Below, piece by piece: positions 55,542-64,000 of a DNA stretch of 64,000 nucleotides. A program made the translations under genes and the position numbers. The stretch is from a virus: the IMG/VR virus record IMGVR_UViG_3300042870_001850, positions 1 through 64,000 of that record; one strand, 5' to 3'. The stretch's first letter is position 1, and the number at the start of each line of letters is the position of its first letter. Below the pieces are notes generated by a model. It did no database searches, was not told where the DNA came from, and was given only the letters and a program-made list of their open reading frames with translations.

Positions 55542-56926
55542 TGAAAGCCACTCCTCTAAATATCGTAAGAATACCTAATTTTTTATCAGATAAAGAAATT
55601 GAATATTTCGTAAATCACTCGCGTTCCTTAGATATCTTAAATGATCCGAATGTTACGTCAAGAGCGATGCTGCGCATCGACGGCGATAAAGACGCTACTG
55701 ACGAAATGCGCGACTACATAGCAAAGGTACAGGAAGCAGTGACATTTCATTGCGGCATGCAAATCACTGATTTGTGCGGAATTGCGCTTAGGAAATGGCT
55801 ACCAGGAGAACTACAAGATCCGCACGCAGACTGTGAAGCAGTGTTTGTCGAAGACTACACTAATTGGCAAATGACCCCGCTTAATAATTTTTCTTCGTTA
55901 TTTATAGAGTACGCTGCGTTGGTGTACCTAAATGACGACTATGAAGGCGGAGAAATCTACTTTCCAGAGTACGACGTAGAAATTAAGCCAAACAAAGGTG
56001 ACTTAATATTCTTTCCCGGCACGCACTACTATATGCACGGCGTTCGCGAAGTACTAAGTGGCCATCGCCTCGCGCTGATGTCGTTTTTTACGACGCCTAA
56101 GCTTCAGTATATTTGGAAGTACTTCGTGCTAGACGATACGCCAATACGTTTTGTCGATCGCACGCAGGACGATGCAATGGCAGGTGTTGGACTATTTAGC
56201 AGAAGCCACATTCCACTTAGTTTAGCTACTTTTGGAGACAAACTGCCAAGTACACTAGACGTTAAAGTGGCGCACAGAGAATTAACTAGCTATAGTTATA
56301 CTAGAAGTCTTTTTGGAACTCATAGGTCTAATATCAACATAGTCCACAATTTTATAGACAAAGACAGCGTTGACGCGTTAATGTGTCTCGCGCATACGAT
56401 AACCGAGTGGAATGACTGCGGAAAAAATGTGTATGACGACGCGGGAGTGCTAATCCACAACGCAGAAGACTGGCGTGATAAGACCTGCGGCGCTGATATT
56501 CTTACGCGCACTGCGCCTGCGGAGTACGCGGTAATGGAAATCTATGCGCTTAAGGCAAAACTTGCTGCTGAAAAATTCTTTAAGTGCAGCCTTAGCTACA
56601 GAAAGCCAGCGCTTGTTAGGTGGAGAGCCGGCGGGCACACACCAGAGCCGCACGCTGACAAACAAAATATAGATGGAACACCTAAGCTCGGAATGGAAGA
56701 CCTAGATGTCTCAGCTGTAATGTATCTAAATGATGACTATGAAGGTGGAGAGCTTGTGTTTCCGCAGCACAACATGAGGTTTAAGCCTGGCCGTGGGTCA
56801 TTGATCTTTTTTCCAGGAGACGACGCGTACATACACTATGTTGATCATGTTAAGACAGGCACAAGATGGGCTATCCCGATGTTTTTTACGGTAGAAGCAA
56901 ATAAAAGTGAGCTGCGCAATGGTTAA
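55541..56926 (+). CDS. double-domain 2OG-Fe(II) oxygenase
   Basis: Two complete HAD...YLNDDYEGGE...H...R sets. Confidence 0.9.
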   Translation: MKATPLNIVRIPNFLSDKEIEYFVNHSRSLDILNDPNVTSRAMLRIDGDKDATDEMRDYIAKVQEAVTFHCGMQITDLCGIALRKWLPGELQDPHADCEAVFVEDYTNWQMTPLNNFSSLFIEYAALVYLNDDYEGGEIYFPEYDVEIKPNKGDLIFFPGTHYYMHGVREVLSGHRLALMSFFTTPKLQYIWKYFVLDDTPIRFVDRTQDDAMAGVGLFSRSHIPLSLATFGDKLPSTLDVKVAHRELTSYSYTRSLFGTHRSNINIVHNFIDKDSVDALMCLAHTITEWNDCGKNVYDDAGVLIHNAEDWRDKTCGADILTRTAPAEYAVMEIYALKAKLAAEKFFKCSLSYRKPALVRWRAGGHTPEPHADKQNIDGTPKLGMEDLDVSAVMYLNDDYEGGELVFPQHNMRFKPGRGSLIFFPGDDAYIHYVDHVKTGTRWAIPMFFTVEANKSELRNG

Positions 56927-57563
56927 TGATGCAAGAACTACAAACGTTGGTTCACAAAAAAACATACTAGTAGTAGAAGACTATCTTTCTAAGTCAATAT
57001 GCAAAGATCTTAGCGAAGCAATGGTGCGTACAGCATGGCGAAGGTGCCGGTCTGACTCAGAAGCCGAAAACTATAACAGCATGCAAAATATATCTTTTTT
57101 AGCAAATGACATGGAAGACGACATTGTAAAAATTGCCAGTTACGAATTCGGCGTAAATTTGTCAGTATTTGCGGGGAAAGGCAATTTCCATAAATGGGAC
57201 GTCGGAGACAGTCTTTCTCTCCACACAGACGCAGAAAAAGAAGACTGTACTGCGCCATTGGCAAGTTACATAGATATGTATCAACCGCCAACTGTTGTTT
57301 CATACACAGCTTTAGTATACATCAACGATGATTACCAAGGTGGCGAGCTTGTGTTTCCGCAGCACGGTCTAAAGATAAAACCTAAATCTGGGACATTAAT
57401 AATGTTCCCATCGACTTGCATGTACCCGCACGAAGTAGCAGAAGTCACCTCTGGAGTTAGGTACACATACTCTATGTTTATGGCTAGCGCTTCTGTAGTT
57501 CAAGCTTTTATGGAAATGTACGCTCTGGTGACGCTAAACGAAGACAGAAAAAACGGCAAATAA
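56919..57563 (+). CDS. 2OG-Fe(II) oxygenase
   Basis: HTD, YINDDYQGGEL, HEV, RY. Confidence 0.9.
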   Translation: MVNDARTTNVGSQKNILVVEDYLSKSICKDLSEAMVRTAWRRCRSDSEAENYNSMQNISFLANDMEDDIVKIASYEFGVNLSVFAGKGNFHKWDVGDSLSLHTDAEKEDCTAPLASYIDMYQPPTVVSYTALVYINDDYQGGELVFPQHGLKIKPKSGTLIMFPSTCMYPHEVAEVTSGVRYTYSMFMASASVVQAFMEMYALVTLNEDRKNGK

Positions 57564-57644
57564 AGTACGCTGTCAATTAGGAATTTGTACCGCTACTTAG
57601 GTATAGTAGTAAAGACAGCAGCTATACAGCAAAACGGAGTAAAA

Positions 57645-58364
57645 ATGGATTTTCAATACATAGGAGATCAAAAGTTTGGAATTATTCTTTATAAGAATGC
57701 TTTACCAAAAGAACTGCGACTTCCCGAAAGACTAGAAGAAACAATAGGTAATAGCACAACCGCACCGTTTATGTGGATGGAAGCTCTTGTCGGCGATGCG
57801 CAAAAAATGCCCGAGTACCGTGATTGCGTAGACTGCAAGATGGGTCCTACGCATATTCAACATCTTCCTCCGCAGTTTTCTGAAATGAAAAACATTTACA
57901 ATGACACAGTACTTCGCCTAACTGAGTGCTTGCGCGATTACGAGTCTCGGTACAACATAAAAATGGATTTTATGGAAGCGATTAACTACGTCCGCTACCA
58001 TACTGGGCAACATTTCGCTGTGCATACAGATCATGGATTTTCATATAACTGTACTGTTTCTTCAATAATGTATCTAAATGACGGCTATGAGGGTGGCGAA
58101 CTGTACTTCCCATTCTTAGACATCACGGTTGTGCCAGAGTACGGAGACATTGTGTTTTTCCCGTCAACTTACATTTACGCACATGCTGCAAAAGCAGTCA
58201 CTAGCGGTACAAAGTACGCCGCGGTGACTATGTTTGACTATAACGATAGAACGCATAAGCAGGGCTATGGAGAAAATATTGACGGCACTAAAGCCACGGA
58301 AGGCGCTGGACTGCCAACATATGGTAGCCAGCAAAACGCTGATGGAAGATTTTTAGCGCAATGA
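57645..58364 (+). CDS. 2OG-Fe(II) oxygenase
   Basis: HTD, YLNDGYEGGEL, HAA, TKY; GGAG RBS favours start at 57645. Confidence 0.9.
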   Translation: MDFQYIGDQKFGIILYKNALPKELRLPERLEETIGNSTTAPFMWMEALVGDAQKMPEYRDCVDCKMGPTHIQHLPPQFSEMKNIYNDTVLRLTECLRDYESRYNIKMDFMEAINYVRYHTGQHFAVHTDHGFSYNCTVSSIMYLNDGYEGGELYFPFLDITVVPEYGDIVFFPSTYIYAHAAKAVTSGTKYAAVTMFDYNDRTHKQGYGENIDGTKATEGAGLPTYGSQQNADGRFLAQ

Positions 58365-59062
58365 AAGTGCGCCTCACAAGAAACCACCAGTCTGCGCCAC
58401 GCATTGCGCAGTCTCGCGTTAAGCGCGATTGGATGGATGAAACGTACAACAAGCACGCGTACCAGTGCATGCCTATGACTGCCGCTAATACAAACGGCTG
58501 GGAGTTGATTCTTGAAGAAGATCTTGTTGTCCAATGGGACGGCGGCAACAACCCTGTCACAGTAGTTAGTGGAGGCGAACAAAACGGGCGTCAAGTAGCA
58601 TTTCCTTCTATTATTGGGATCATCTCAATTGGGATGGGTTGGACAGTCAATACTGAAGAAGGCTATGCAACGTGGCTTACCGGGTCTCCTAATTACTTCG
58701 TCGACGGCGCTGTTCCGCTTGCCGCGGCTATTCCCAGTTCATGGTGGCCAGATGAAGTGCAAATGAACTGGAAGATTACTAAAATAGGCGAACCAGTGAC
58801 CTTTCCAGCGGGGTCGCCATTTTGTTTTTTTACCATCTACAAAGAAGATCTACTGCCATCTGTTGAGTTTGAAGTGTCTAACCTATGGGATAAGCCAGAG
58901 CTTATTGAAGCCAGGGTCAAGTACAGCAACGTAAAAATGAAAAATAACGCTGACAACCCGTGGACATGGACTAAGGGAATTAAAACTGGCGTAGATGCTG
59001 ATGGCAATAAGATAGGTCCAGGATTTACTGGAATAAATAAGCTCAACTCTCCGCATATGTGA
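58361..59062 (+). CDS. DUF6065-like protein
   Basis: RDWMD....HAYQC.P...AN..GW, MNWKIT, PFCF. Confidence 0.75.
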   Translation: MKVRLTRNHQSAPRIAQSRVKRDWMDETYNKHAYQCMPMTAANTNGWELILEEDLVVQWDGGNNPVTVVSGGEQNGRQVAFPSIIGIISIGMGWTVNTEEGYATWLTGSPNYFVDGAVPLAAAIPSSWWPDEVQMNWKITKIGEPVTFPAGSPFCFFTIYKEDLLPSVEFEVSNLWDKPELIEARVKYSNVKMKNNADNPWTWTKGIKTGVDADGNKIGPGFTGINKLNSPHM

Positions 59063-59105
59063 TAAGATAGCAAAGTACTAGCTCACCTCAACAAGAATTG
59101 GACAT

Positions 59106-59339
59106 ATGAATATGAAGTTTACTGTAACTCTAACTAATGAAGAAAAAAAGGCAATTTACAGTCGTGCCGTACTAGACTGTGAAAGACATCTCATTACTGC
59201 GCTTATCGCCGAAGGACATGATCCCGATACTTTCGATGAGGCAACATTTGTTCCGGCGGAGACTCTTGGTGATGAATTTATTGCAAGGAATCTAACGCAA
59301 CTTGCTCGCCTTAAAGCCAATGTCGCAGATCTAGGATAA
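59106..59339 (+). CDS. small hypothetical protein
   Basis: ORF track. Confidence 0.7.
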   Translation: MNMKFTVTLTNEEKKAIYSRAVLDCERHLITALIAEGHDPDTFDEATFVPAETLGDEFIARNLTQLARLKANVADLG

Positions 59340-59350
59340 TAAGAACTGCC

Positions 59351-59569
59351 ATGGCACTTTCAACAGCCCAAATAGAAAAAGCTAAAGTAAAAGCGTTAGA
59401 CTACCTCGAGTTTTCAATATTCTCAATGGCTTTACTATTAAACGTCGATCTTGAGACTTTAGACGAGACATTTGTAAATCCAGCAGATAAAGACACACAA
59501 CTGGACCTATGGAGTGCATACGAGTCGCTCATTGTTCAAGTAAAGTCGCACGCAAAGTTAGTAGACTAA
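59351..59569 (+). CDS. small hypothetical protein
   Basis: ORF track. Confidence 0.7.
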   Translation: MALSTAQIEKAKVKALDYLEFSIFSMALLLNVDLETLDETFVNPADKDTQLDLWSAYESLIVQVKSHAKLVD

Positions 59570-59571
59570 TT

Positions 59572-59856
59572 ATGAAAATTACTCCTAAGGTGCCTAAAAA
59601 AATTCCACTTCTCGAGGCCGCATTTAAGACTGGTAAGTATCAAATTTGTCCGGACGTCAGTTTTGCCCACCCGCGTATTGTTGAGCCAACGCACAACCCA
59701 GACCGTGACAATCAAGTTGCTCGTTGGGTGCCAGAGCAGTTTTCTTACCAAATGCCAGACGGTGGTACATTTTTTTGCGATCTCTTGCAAAATGGCGACC
59801 CAAAAACACCATGGGACACGACTCAAGCAGATGAGTTAACAGAAGAAGACTTTTAA
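59572..59856 (+). CDS. small hypothetical protein
   Basis: ORF track (from 59509); non-overlapping ATG at 59572 preferred. Confidence 0.65.
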   Translation: MKITPKVPKKIPLLEAAFKTGKYQICPDVSFAHPRIVEPTHNPDRDNQVARWVPEQFSYQMPDGGTFFCDLLQNGDPKTPWDTTQADELTEEDF

Positions 59857-60164
59857 TGAAAAGAACAAGAATAACTGCGGGCGAAAACTTGTATGACGCG
59901 ACAAAAGATCTTGAGAGAACAGAAGGAAAACTTTTAGAGCTTATGTACATCGCAGGACTTGATAACACGGACGTCGACACTGTTACAATTGACGAACTTA
60001 TTGAAGCCCTTAGAAAAGGGTTTGTCTATACTTCTGCTGTTGGAAATTCTTATAACGTTGGAGCTACTGCCTTTCTTAGACAAGAAAACTTTCATTTAGT
60101 TATCCAAGCTCGTAAATATTGGTGGTACCGCCAACTTGCAAAAGGAGCACTAAGCCGTGGATAA
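59856..60164 (+). CDS. small hypothetical protein
   Basis: TAATG coupling. Confidence 0.7.
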   Translation: MKRTRITAGENLYDATKDLERTEGKLLELMYIAGLDNTDVDTVTIDELIEALRKGFVYTSAVGNSYNVGATAFLRQENFHLVIQARKYWWYRQLAKGALSRG

Positions 60165-60891
60165 CATAGTACTTAGAACAGCGACTGTTACGCGGCTGAT
60201 TAGCAACACGCTTGCCACAAGTACCTTTGAAGAAGGAAAAACGTACCGCGAAGATTCATCTGCACGCGCGTTGGCAGAATACGCTACTTTTAATATTGAC
60301 AGACGGACAGTTGCAATCGGTGGCAGTGAAGAAATCTGGCTATTTGATTTGATGAAAGAAATGGACCCTTCGTGGTACGAAATGATCAACTCAGTGCAGA
60401 CAATAACTGAAATGGCCTTTTTAATGAAAAATCCTCGTAAAATTCTTTCATTTTGTGCATGCATTCCGTCTACTATGTGTTTATGGCTATCAAATATGGC
60501 CGATCCAGAAACTGAATTGACATTTGTCAATAACCCGATGCTTGACGCGTACGAGCAGCACATGATACCTGTCAGTGACACTCACACATATTCAAAGTAT
60601 TCAGTAATTGATTATGATGACTTGGAAAATGGTATTGAAGACAAGTATGATTTTATTGCAGCTATGGCGTGGGACATTGTAAGCGATCCAGATTTGCAAC
60701 GCCAAGCTGTCGATGCACTTGCGCCGGGTGGTATTTTATGTGTTGCTCTTACAAATAATGGAGGCAAGCTGTACACAGACTCGTATCATGCGCATCCATA
60801 CACTGAATTTCATGAGAATCTTGGGAAGATGGACGGGCATACATACCATATTCCGGCCTTGTACGCGCACACACTATTCATAAAGAACTAA
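60157..60891 (+). CDS. divergent SAM-dependent methyltransferase-like protein
   Basis: KNPRKIL, KYDFI, DALAPGGIL; glycine-rich motif I is degenerate. Confidence 0.55.
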   Translation: MDNIVLRTATVTRLISNTLATSTFEEGKTYREDSSARALAEYATFNIDRRTVAIGGSEEIWLFDLMKEMDPSWYEMINSVQTITEMAFLMKNPRKILSFCACIPSTMCLWLSNMADPETELTFVNNPMLDAYEQHMIPVSDTHTYSKYSVIDYDDLENGIEDKYDFIAAMAWDIVSDPDLQRQAVDALAPGGILCVALTNNGGKLYTDSYHAHPYTEFHENLGKMDGHTYHIPALYAHTLFIKN

Positions 60892-61014
60892 TACTTATCG
60901 GCAGCAATGCCGTTGACTGGTTAACGAGTGCCGCAAAAAAACTATCTTCAACGTCTGACATTAGTGCGCCAGTTGCGTTCTTTGATGCTGTTTTAATGTA
61001 TAATTTGCATTGGC

Positions 61015-61680
61015 ATGGACACTAAGACGCTTCTTTCTAATTTACAAGTAGTAGATGAATACATACCGAAGAATGATGTCAAAGTTCTTCTTGATTTCTG
61101 TGAATCATTTCACGAGTGGGACAACGGGTATGATAGATGTCCTGATCTTTCAAGCGTTGACATTGATGGCAAATACCGATACGATATTGAAGAAATGCAT
61201 ATAGCGCAAAACCATAGCTATTTGCACCCTCTTGTTCTTAAGTACCAAAAAAAGATAGAAGAGTACGCGAGTGCTGTATACGGAAGATCTCTTACTACGT
61301 ACCACAATATGCATCTTCGCAAGTATTTTGAAGGCGACAAGTTCGACGAGCACTTTGACTCTGAAGGAAAAGACGAAGGCAAGATTCAACGACTGCCAGG
61401 ATACAGCTCTTCTGACAAAGTTCCGGCAGCGCTAATAGAAATTGCAGTTAACATGTATCTAAACGATGATTATTCTGGTGGAGAAATCTACTTTCCAGAT
61501 CACGATGTGTCAATAAAACCAAAACCAGGGCAACTTATAATGTTTCCAGGTGGGCACGAGTTTAAGCACGGAGTCCGCACAGTAACTAGCGGCAGCAGGT
61601 ACACTATGGCTTCGTTTTTGACAACACCTAAGCTACTAATGCTGCACGCGGCAGCGTACAACGGAGCAGCCAGTGAGTAG
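61015..61680 (+). CDS. 2OG-Fe(II) oxygenase
   Basis: HFD, YLNDDYSGGEI, HGV, RY. Confidence 0.9.
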   Translation: MDTKTLLSNLQVVDEYIPKNDVKVLLDFCESFHEWDNGYDRCPDLSSVDIDGKYRYDIEEMHIAQNHSYLHPLVLKYQKKIEEYASAVYGRSLTTYHNMHLRKYFEGDKFDEHFDSEGKDEGKIQRLPGYSSSDKVPAALIEIAVNMYLNDDYSGGEIYFPDHDVSIKPKPGQLIMFPGGHEFKHGVRTVTSGSRYTMASFLTTPKLLMLHAAAYNGAASE

Positions 61681-62527
61681 CGCACATCATCTAGGCGGAG
61701 GGACTGTAGTATTCCGCAACGCAATCACAGTTCCGCAAAATACAATTATCCCGTATCTTGAAGAACTAAAAGAACAGTCACGCAGCGAAATGTTTACTAT
61801 CGTCAAAGATGAAGACGGCAATCCACTGCATGCTCTTAATCAAGGTGGGTTTATCTACGATCTTGAAAAGATCAATCGCGCTCCGGTTCGAATGATGAAC
61901 CTTACGCATCCGTTTTTCCAAGAGTGTGAGAATGCTTTGTATGACGCGCTTTTGCAGTACATTGAAATGTTTCCTGCAGTTCTTCAGTCTCTGTGGTGGA
62001 GAAGTGAGGGCCACATTCTTGCGTATGACAAAGGCGCTGCTCTAGGATTTCATTCAGACAACGACGTCAACTACCGCTACGGTGCAGTTCCGCCTACAGA
62101 GCACGCAACACGGAATGTGCTAAGCGCGTTGATCTATTTCAATGACTGCATTGATGAAGGCGAAGAAGAGACTCAGTATTCTTTTTCTGGCGGCCACATG
62201 AGTGTTCCGTACTTTAATGCGGACATCAAACCGCGCACGGGGGACATTTGCATGATGCCAGCAAACTACATCGGTGCTCACGAGATTGCAGAAGTCACGC
62301 GAGGCACTAGATACTCATATCTTGGGTGGTTTGCGCAGGGATCAGAAGACGCCAATAAAGGAGTAAATCCTCAGCATGAGAAAATGTCTGAATCGATTGG
62401 CGGACAATACTGGATGAAAACAATTATTGAAGACTATGAAAAGTATATCTATGACAAATATCCGGACAATGCTACTAGGCCTTCGCATCTTCTTGCAGTG
62501 TCTAATAGACAGAAGGACCACGTGTGA
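61673..62527 (+). CDS. 2OG-Fe(II) oxygenase
   Basis: HSD, YFND, AHEI, RYSYLGW. Confidence 0.88.
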   Translation: MSSAHHLGGGTVVFRNAITVPQNTIIPYLEELKEQSRSEMFTIVKDEDGNPLHALNQGGFIYDLEKINRAPVRMMNLTHPFFQECENALYDALLQYIEMFPAVLQSLWWRSEGHILAYDKGAALGFHSDNDVNYRYGAVPPTEHATRNVLSALIYFNDCIDEGEEETQYSFSGGHMSVPYFNADIKPRTGDICMMPANYIGAHEIAEVTRGTRYSYLGWFAQGSEDANKGVNPQHEKMSESIGGQYWMKTIIEDYEKYIYDKYPDNATRPSHLLAVSNRQKDHV

Positions 62528-63408
62528 TGCAAAATAACAACGTAGAAGCTCAACATCTTGGCGGCGGAGTTGTCTTATTTAAGAACGCTCTTAAGTGGGA
62601 CTGGGACAAAGTAATAGATCTCGCTGAAGAAATATGTGCAAGAGAGCACAGCAGTATGTATACTGAGTCTGTCGATCCCGAAACTGGAGAATTTGCTTAT
62701 CTTAATCGAAGTGGTTTTTACTTTAGACCGGAGTCTGTTGATGAAATGCCGCGCCGTGGGTCTCGTATTCATCAAGACGATAGACCAGAGGTTGTTGAAT
62801 TTTTGACTTTTCTAGAAGAAGCTAGAGATTCTTATTTGATGAAGTACATGGAAATGTTTCCTATTGCGTTCAAAACGATTTGGTGGAAAATTAAAGGTCA
62901 TATAGTTTCATACAAACCTGGCGGGTATCTAGGCCCACATTCAGACACCAGCTCTGACTGGGCTTACGGAGTTCACGAGCCTAAGGATCAGCTCGCAACT
63001 CGGACAACTGTAGCTTCGCTTATTTACTTTAATAGCTCAGTTGACACTGAAAAAGAATTAGACGGATCAAACTTCACAGCTGGGCATCATTACTTTAACT
63101 ACCTTGATATTTTAGTCAAACCAGAACGTGGCGATCTTTTAATGTTCCCGTCAAACTATATGGGAGCGCACGAAGTGCAGCCTGTCGGCGCAGGAATTAG
63201 GTACTCATATCTTGGTTGGTACTCGCACGGCACGCCAAATCCAGCAGTAAGTGAAAGTGTTACAGACCCTCTTACTGAGCCAGAGCTTGCGAAAATCGCA
63301 ACTAACGTGTACATGCCGTATCTTAAGCGTGACTTCGTGGCACACTTAAAGAGCAAAGGTATGACTAGCGTAGACATCCCTGGCTTTACTTTTGGAGATG
63401 AGCAATGA
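62524..63408 (+). CDS. 2OG-Fe(II) oxygenase, paralog of 61673
   Basis: HLGGGVV, HSD, AHEV, RYSYLGW. Confidence 0.88.
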   Translation: MMQNNNVEAQHLGGGVVLFKNALKWDWDKVIDLAEEICAREHSSMYTESVDPETGEFAYLNRSGFYFRPESVDEMPRRGSRIHQDDRPEVVEFLTFLEEARDSYLMKYMEMFPIAFKTIWWKIKGHIVSYKPGGYLGPHSDTSSDWAYGVHEPKDQLATRTTVASLIYFNSSVDTEKELDGSNFTAGHHYFNYLDILVKPERGDLLMFPSNYMGAHEVQPVGAGIRYSYLGWYSHGTPNPAVSESVTDPLTEPELAKIATNVYMPYLKRDFVAHLKSKGMTSVDIPGFTFGDEQ

Positions 63409-64000
63409 ACATCAACCACTTAGGCAACGGCATTGTTCTTTTTGAGAATGCGTTAGACGTTGACGACGATTTAGTGTCTTCATATATGTCGTACTTGCAA
63501 TCAACAAACAAAGAAGTGCACTTTTTTAACACAGACGATTCTTCTGAAGTTGTAAATACTTCAGGCTACAAGTTTGACAAGAATGAAGTAAATCTAGCAC
63601 CTGACAGATTTATAAGAACTGTGACGAACAGTACTCCAAAAGAATTCGTTGATCTTGTACAGCGCTACGAGGATGTTCTATACTTATGCTTAGTTGAGTA
63701 CTGCAAGATTTTTCCTGTCGCTGTTGAGGCGATAACATGGAGATCGCGTGGAAGTATAGCAACGTACAAGAATGGCCAGCATATTGGGTGCCACTCAGAC
63801 TCGTCCGTTCCGTGCGTGATTGGCGAAATGCCGTCTAATCAAATTGCGTTACACACGACACTCACTGCAAGCCTTGTCATGAACAGCGATTTTGTAGGTG
63901 GAGAAATTGGATTTAGAGCTTGGGGAACGGTGGTTGACGTAGGAGCTGGAAGCATTCTGTATTACCCGTCTACGTACGTTGGCGCTCACGAGGTTCTTCC
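63405..64000 (+). CDS. 2OG-Fe(II) oxygenase, 3' end truncated by the window (not in ORF track)
   Basis: Manual translation MNINHLGNGIVLFENAL...HSDS...DFVGGEI...YPSTYVGAHEV; ATGA-coupled. Confidence 0.85.
   Translation, partial: MNINHLGNGIVLFENALDVDDDLVSSYMSYLQSTNKEVHFFNTDDSSEVVNTSGYKFDKNEVNLAPDRFIRTVTNSTPKEFVDLVQRYEDVLYLCLVEYCKIFPVAVEAITWRSRGSIATYKNGQHIGCHSDSSVPCVIGEMPSNQIALHTTLTASLVMNSDFVGGEIGFRAWGTVVDVGAGSILYYPSTYVGAHEVL

Noticed and set aside
50508-64000. One-to-one match of 14 PPxF units with 14 oxygenase domains
   Set aside because: The array is cut by the window edge, so the match is probably coincidental

Overview
64-kb segment of a large dsDNA phage, probably infecting a moderate-GC Actinobacterium (whiB, DUF3039, Nei, an Rpf-like protein, and many genes with a -10 box 6-7 nt before the start codon, i.e. 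leaderless). Layout: (1) 1-12.2 kb, minus strand, an early/host-takeover region of mostly small ORFs, punctuated by 24 copies of a 16-bp element (consensus CTAAAGTTGTTATAAT), with a MoxR AAA+/VWA pair, a putative structured ncRNA and a second, bipartite motif partly embedded in coding DNA; (2) 12-17 kb, CHAP-like, terminase-small-like, histone-like and holin-like genes, two tRNAs, and a palindromic strand-switch site; (3) 17-42 kb, a large secreted protein, SNase, class II RNR, Nei, cell-wall enzymes, serine recombinase, APS kinase fusion and primase-helicase; (4) 42.6-50.7 kb, tail/fibre genes ending in an FN3 protein with a 14-unit PPxF tail; (5) 50.7 kb to window end, a co-oriented array of at least 13 genes with prolyl-hydroxylase-like 2OG-Fe(II) oxygenase domains, plus a sulfotransferase-like domain, DUF6065 and a methyltransferase. 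The best candidate for an undescribed system is block 5 acting as a modification pathway for the PPxF tail. All family calls come from motif recognition by eye; no searches were run.
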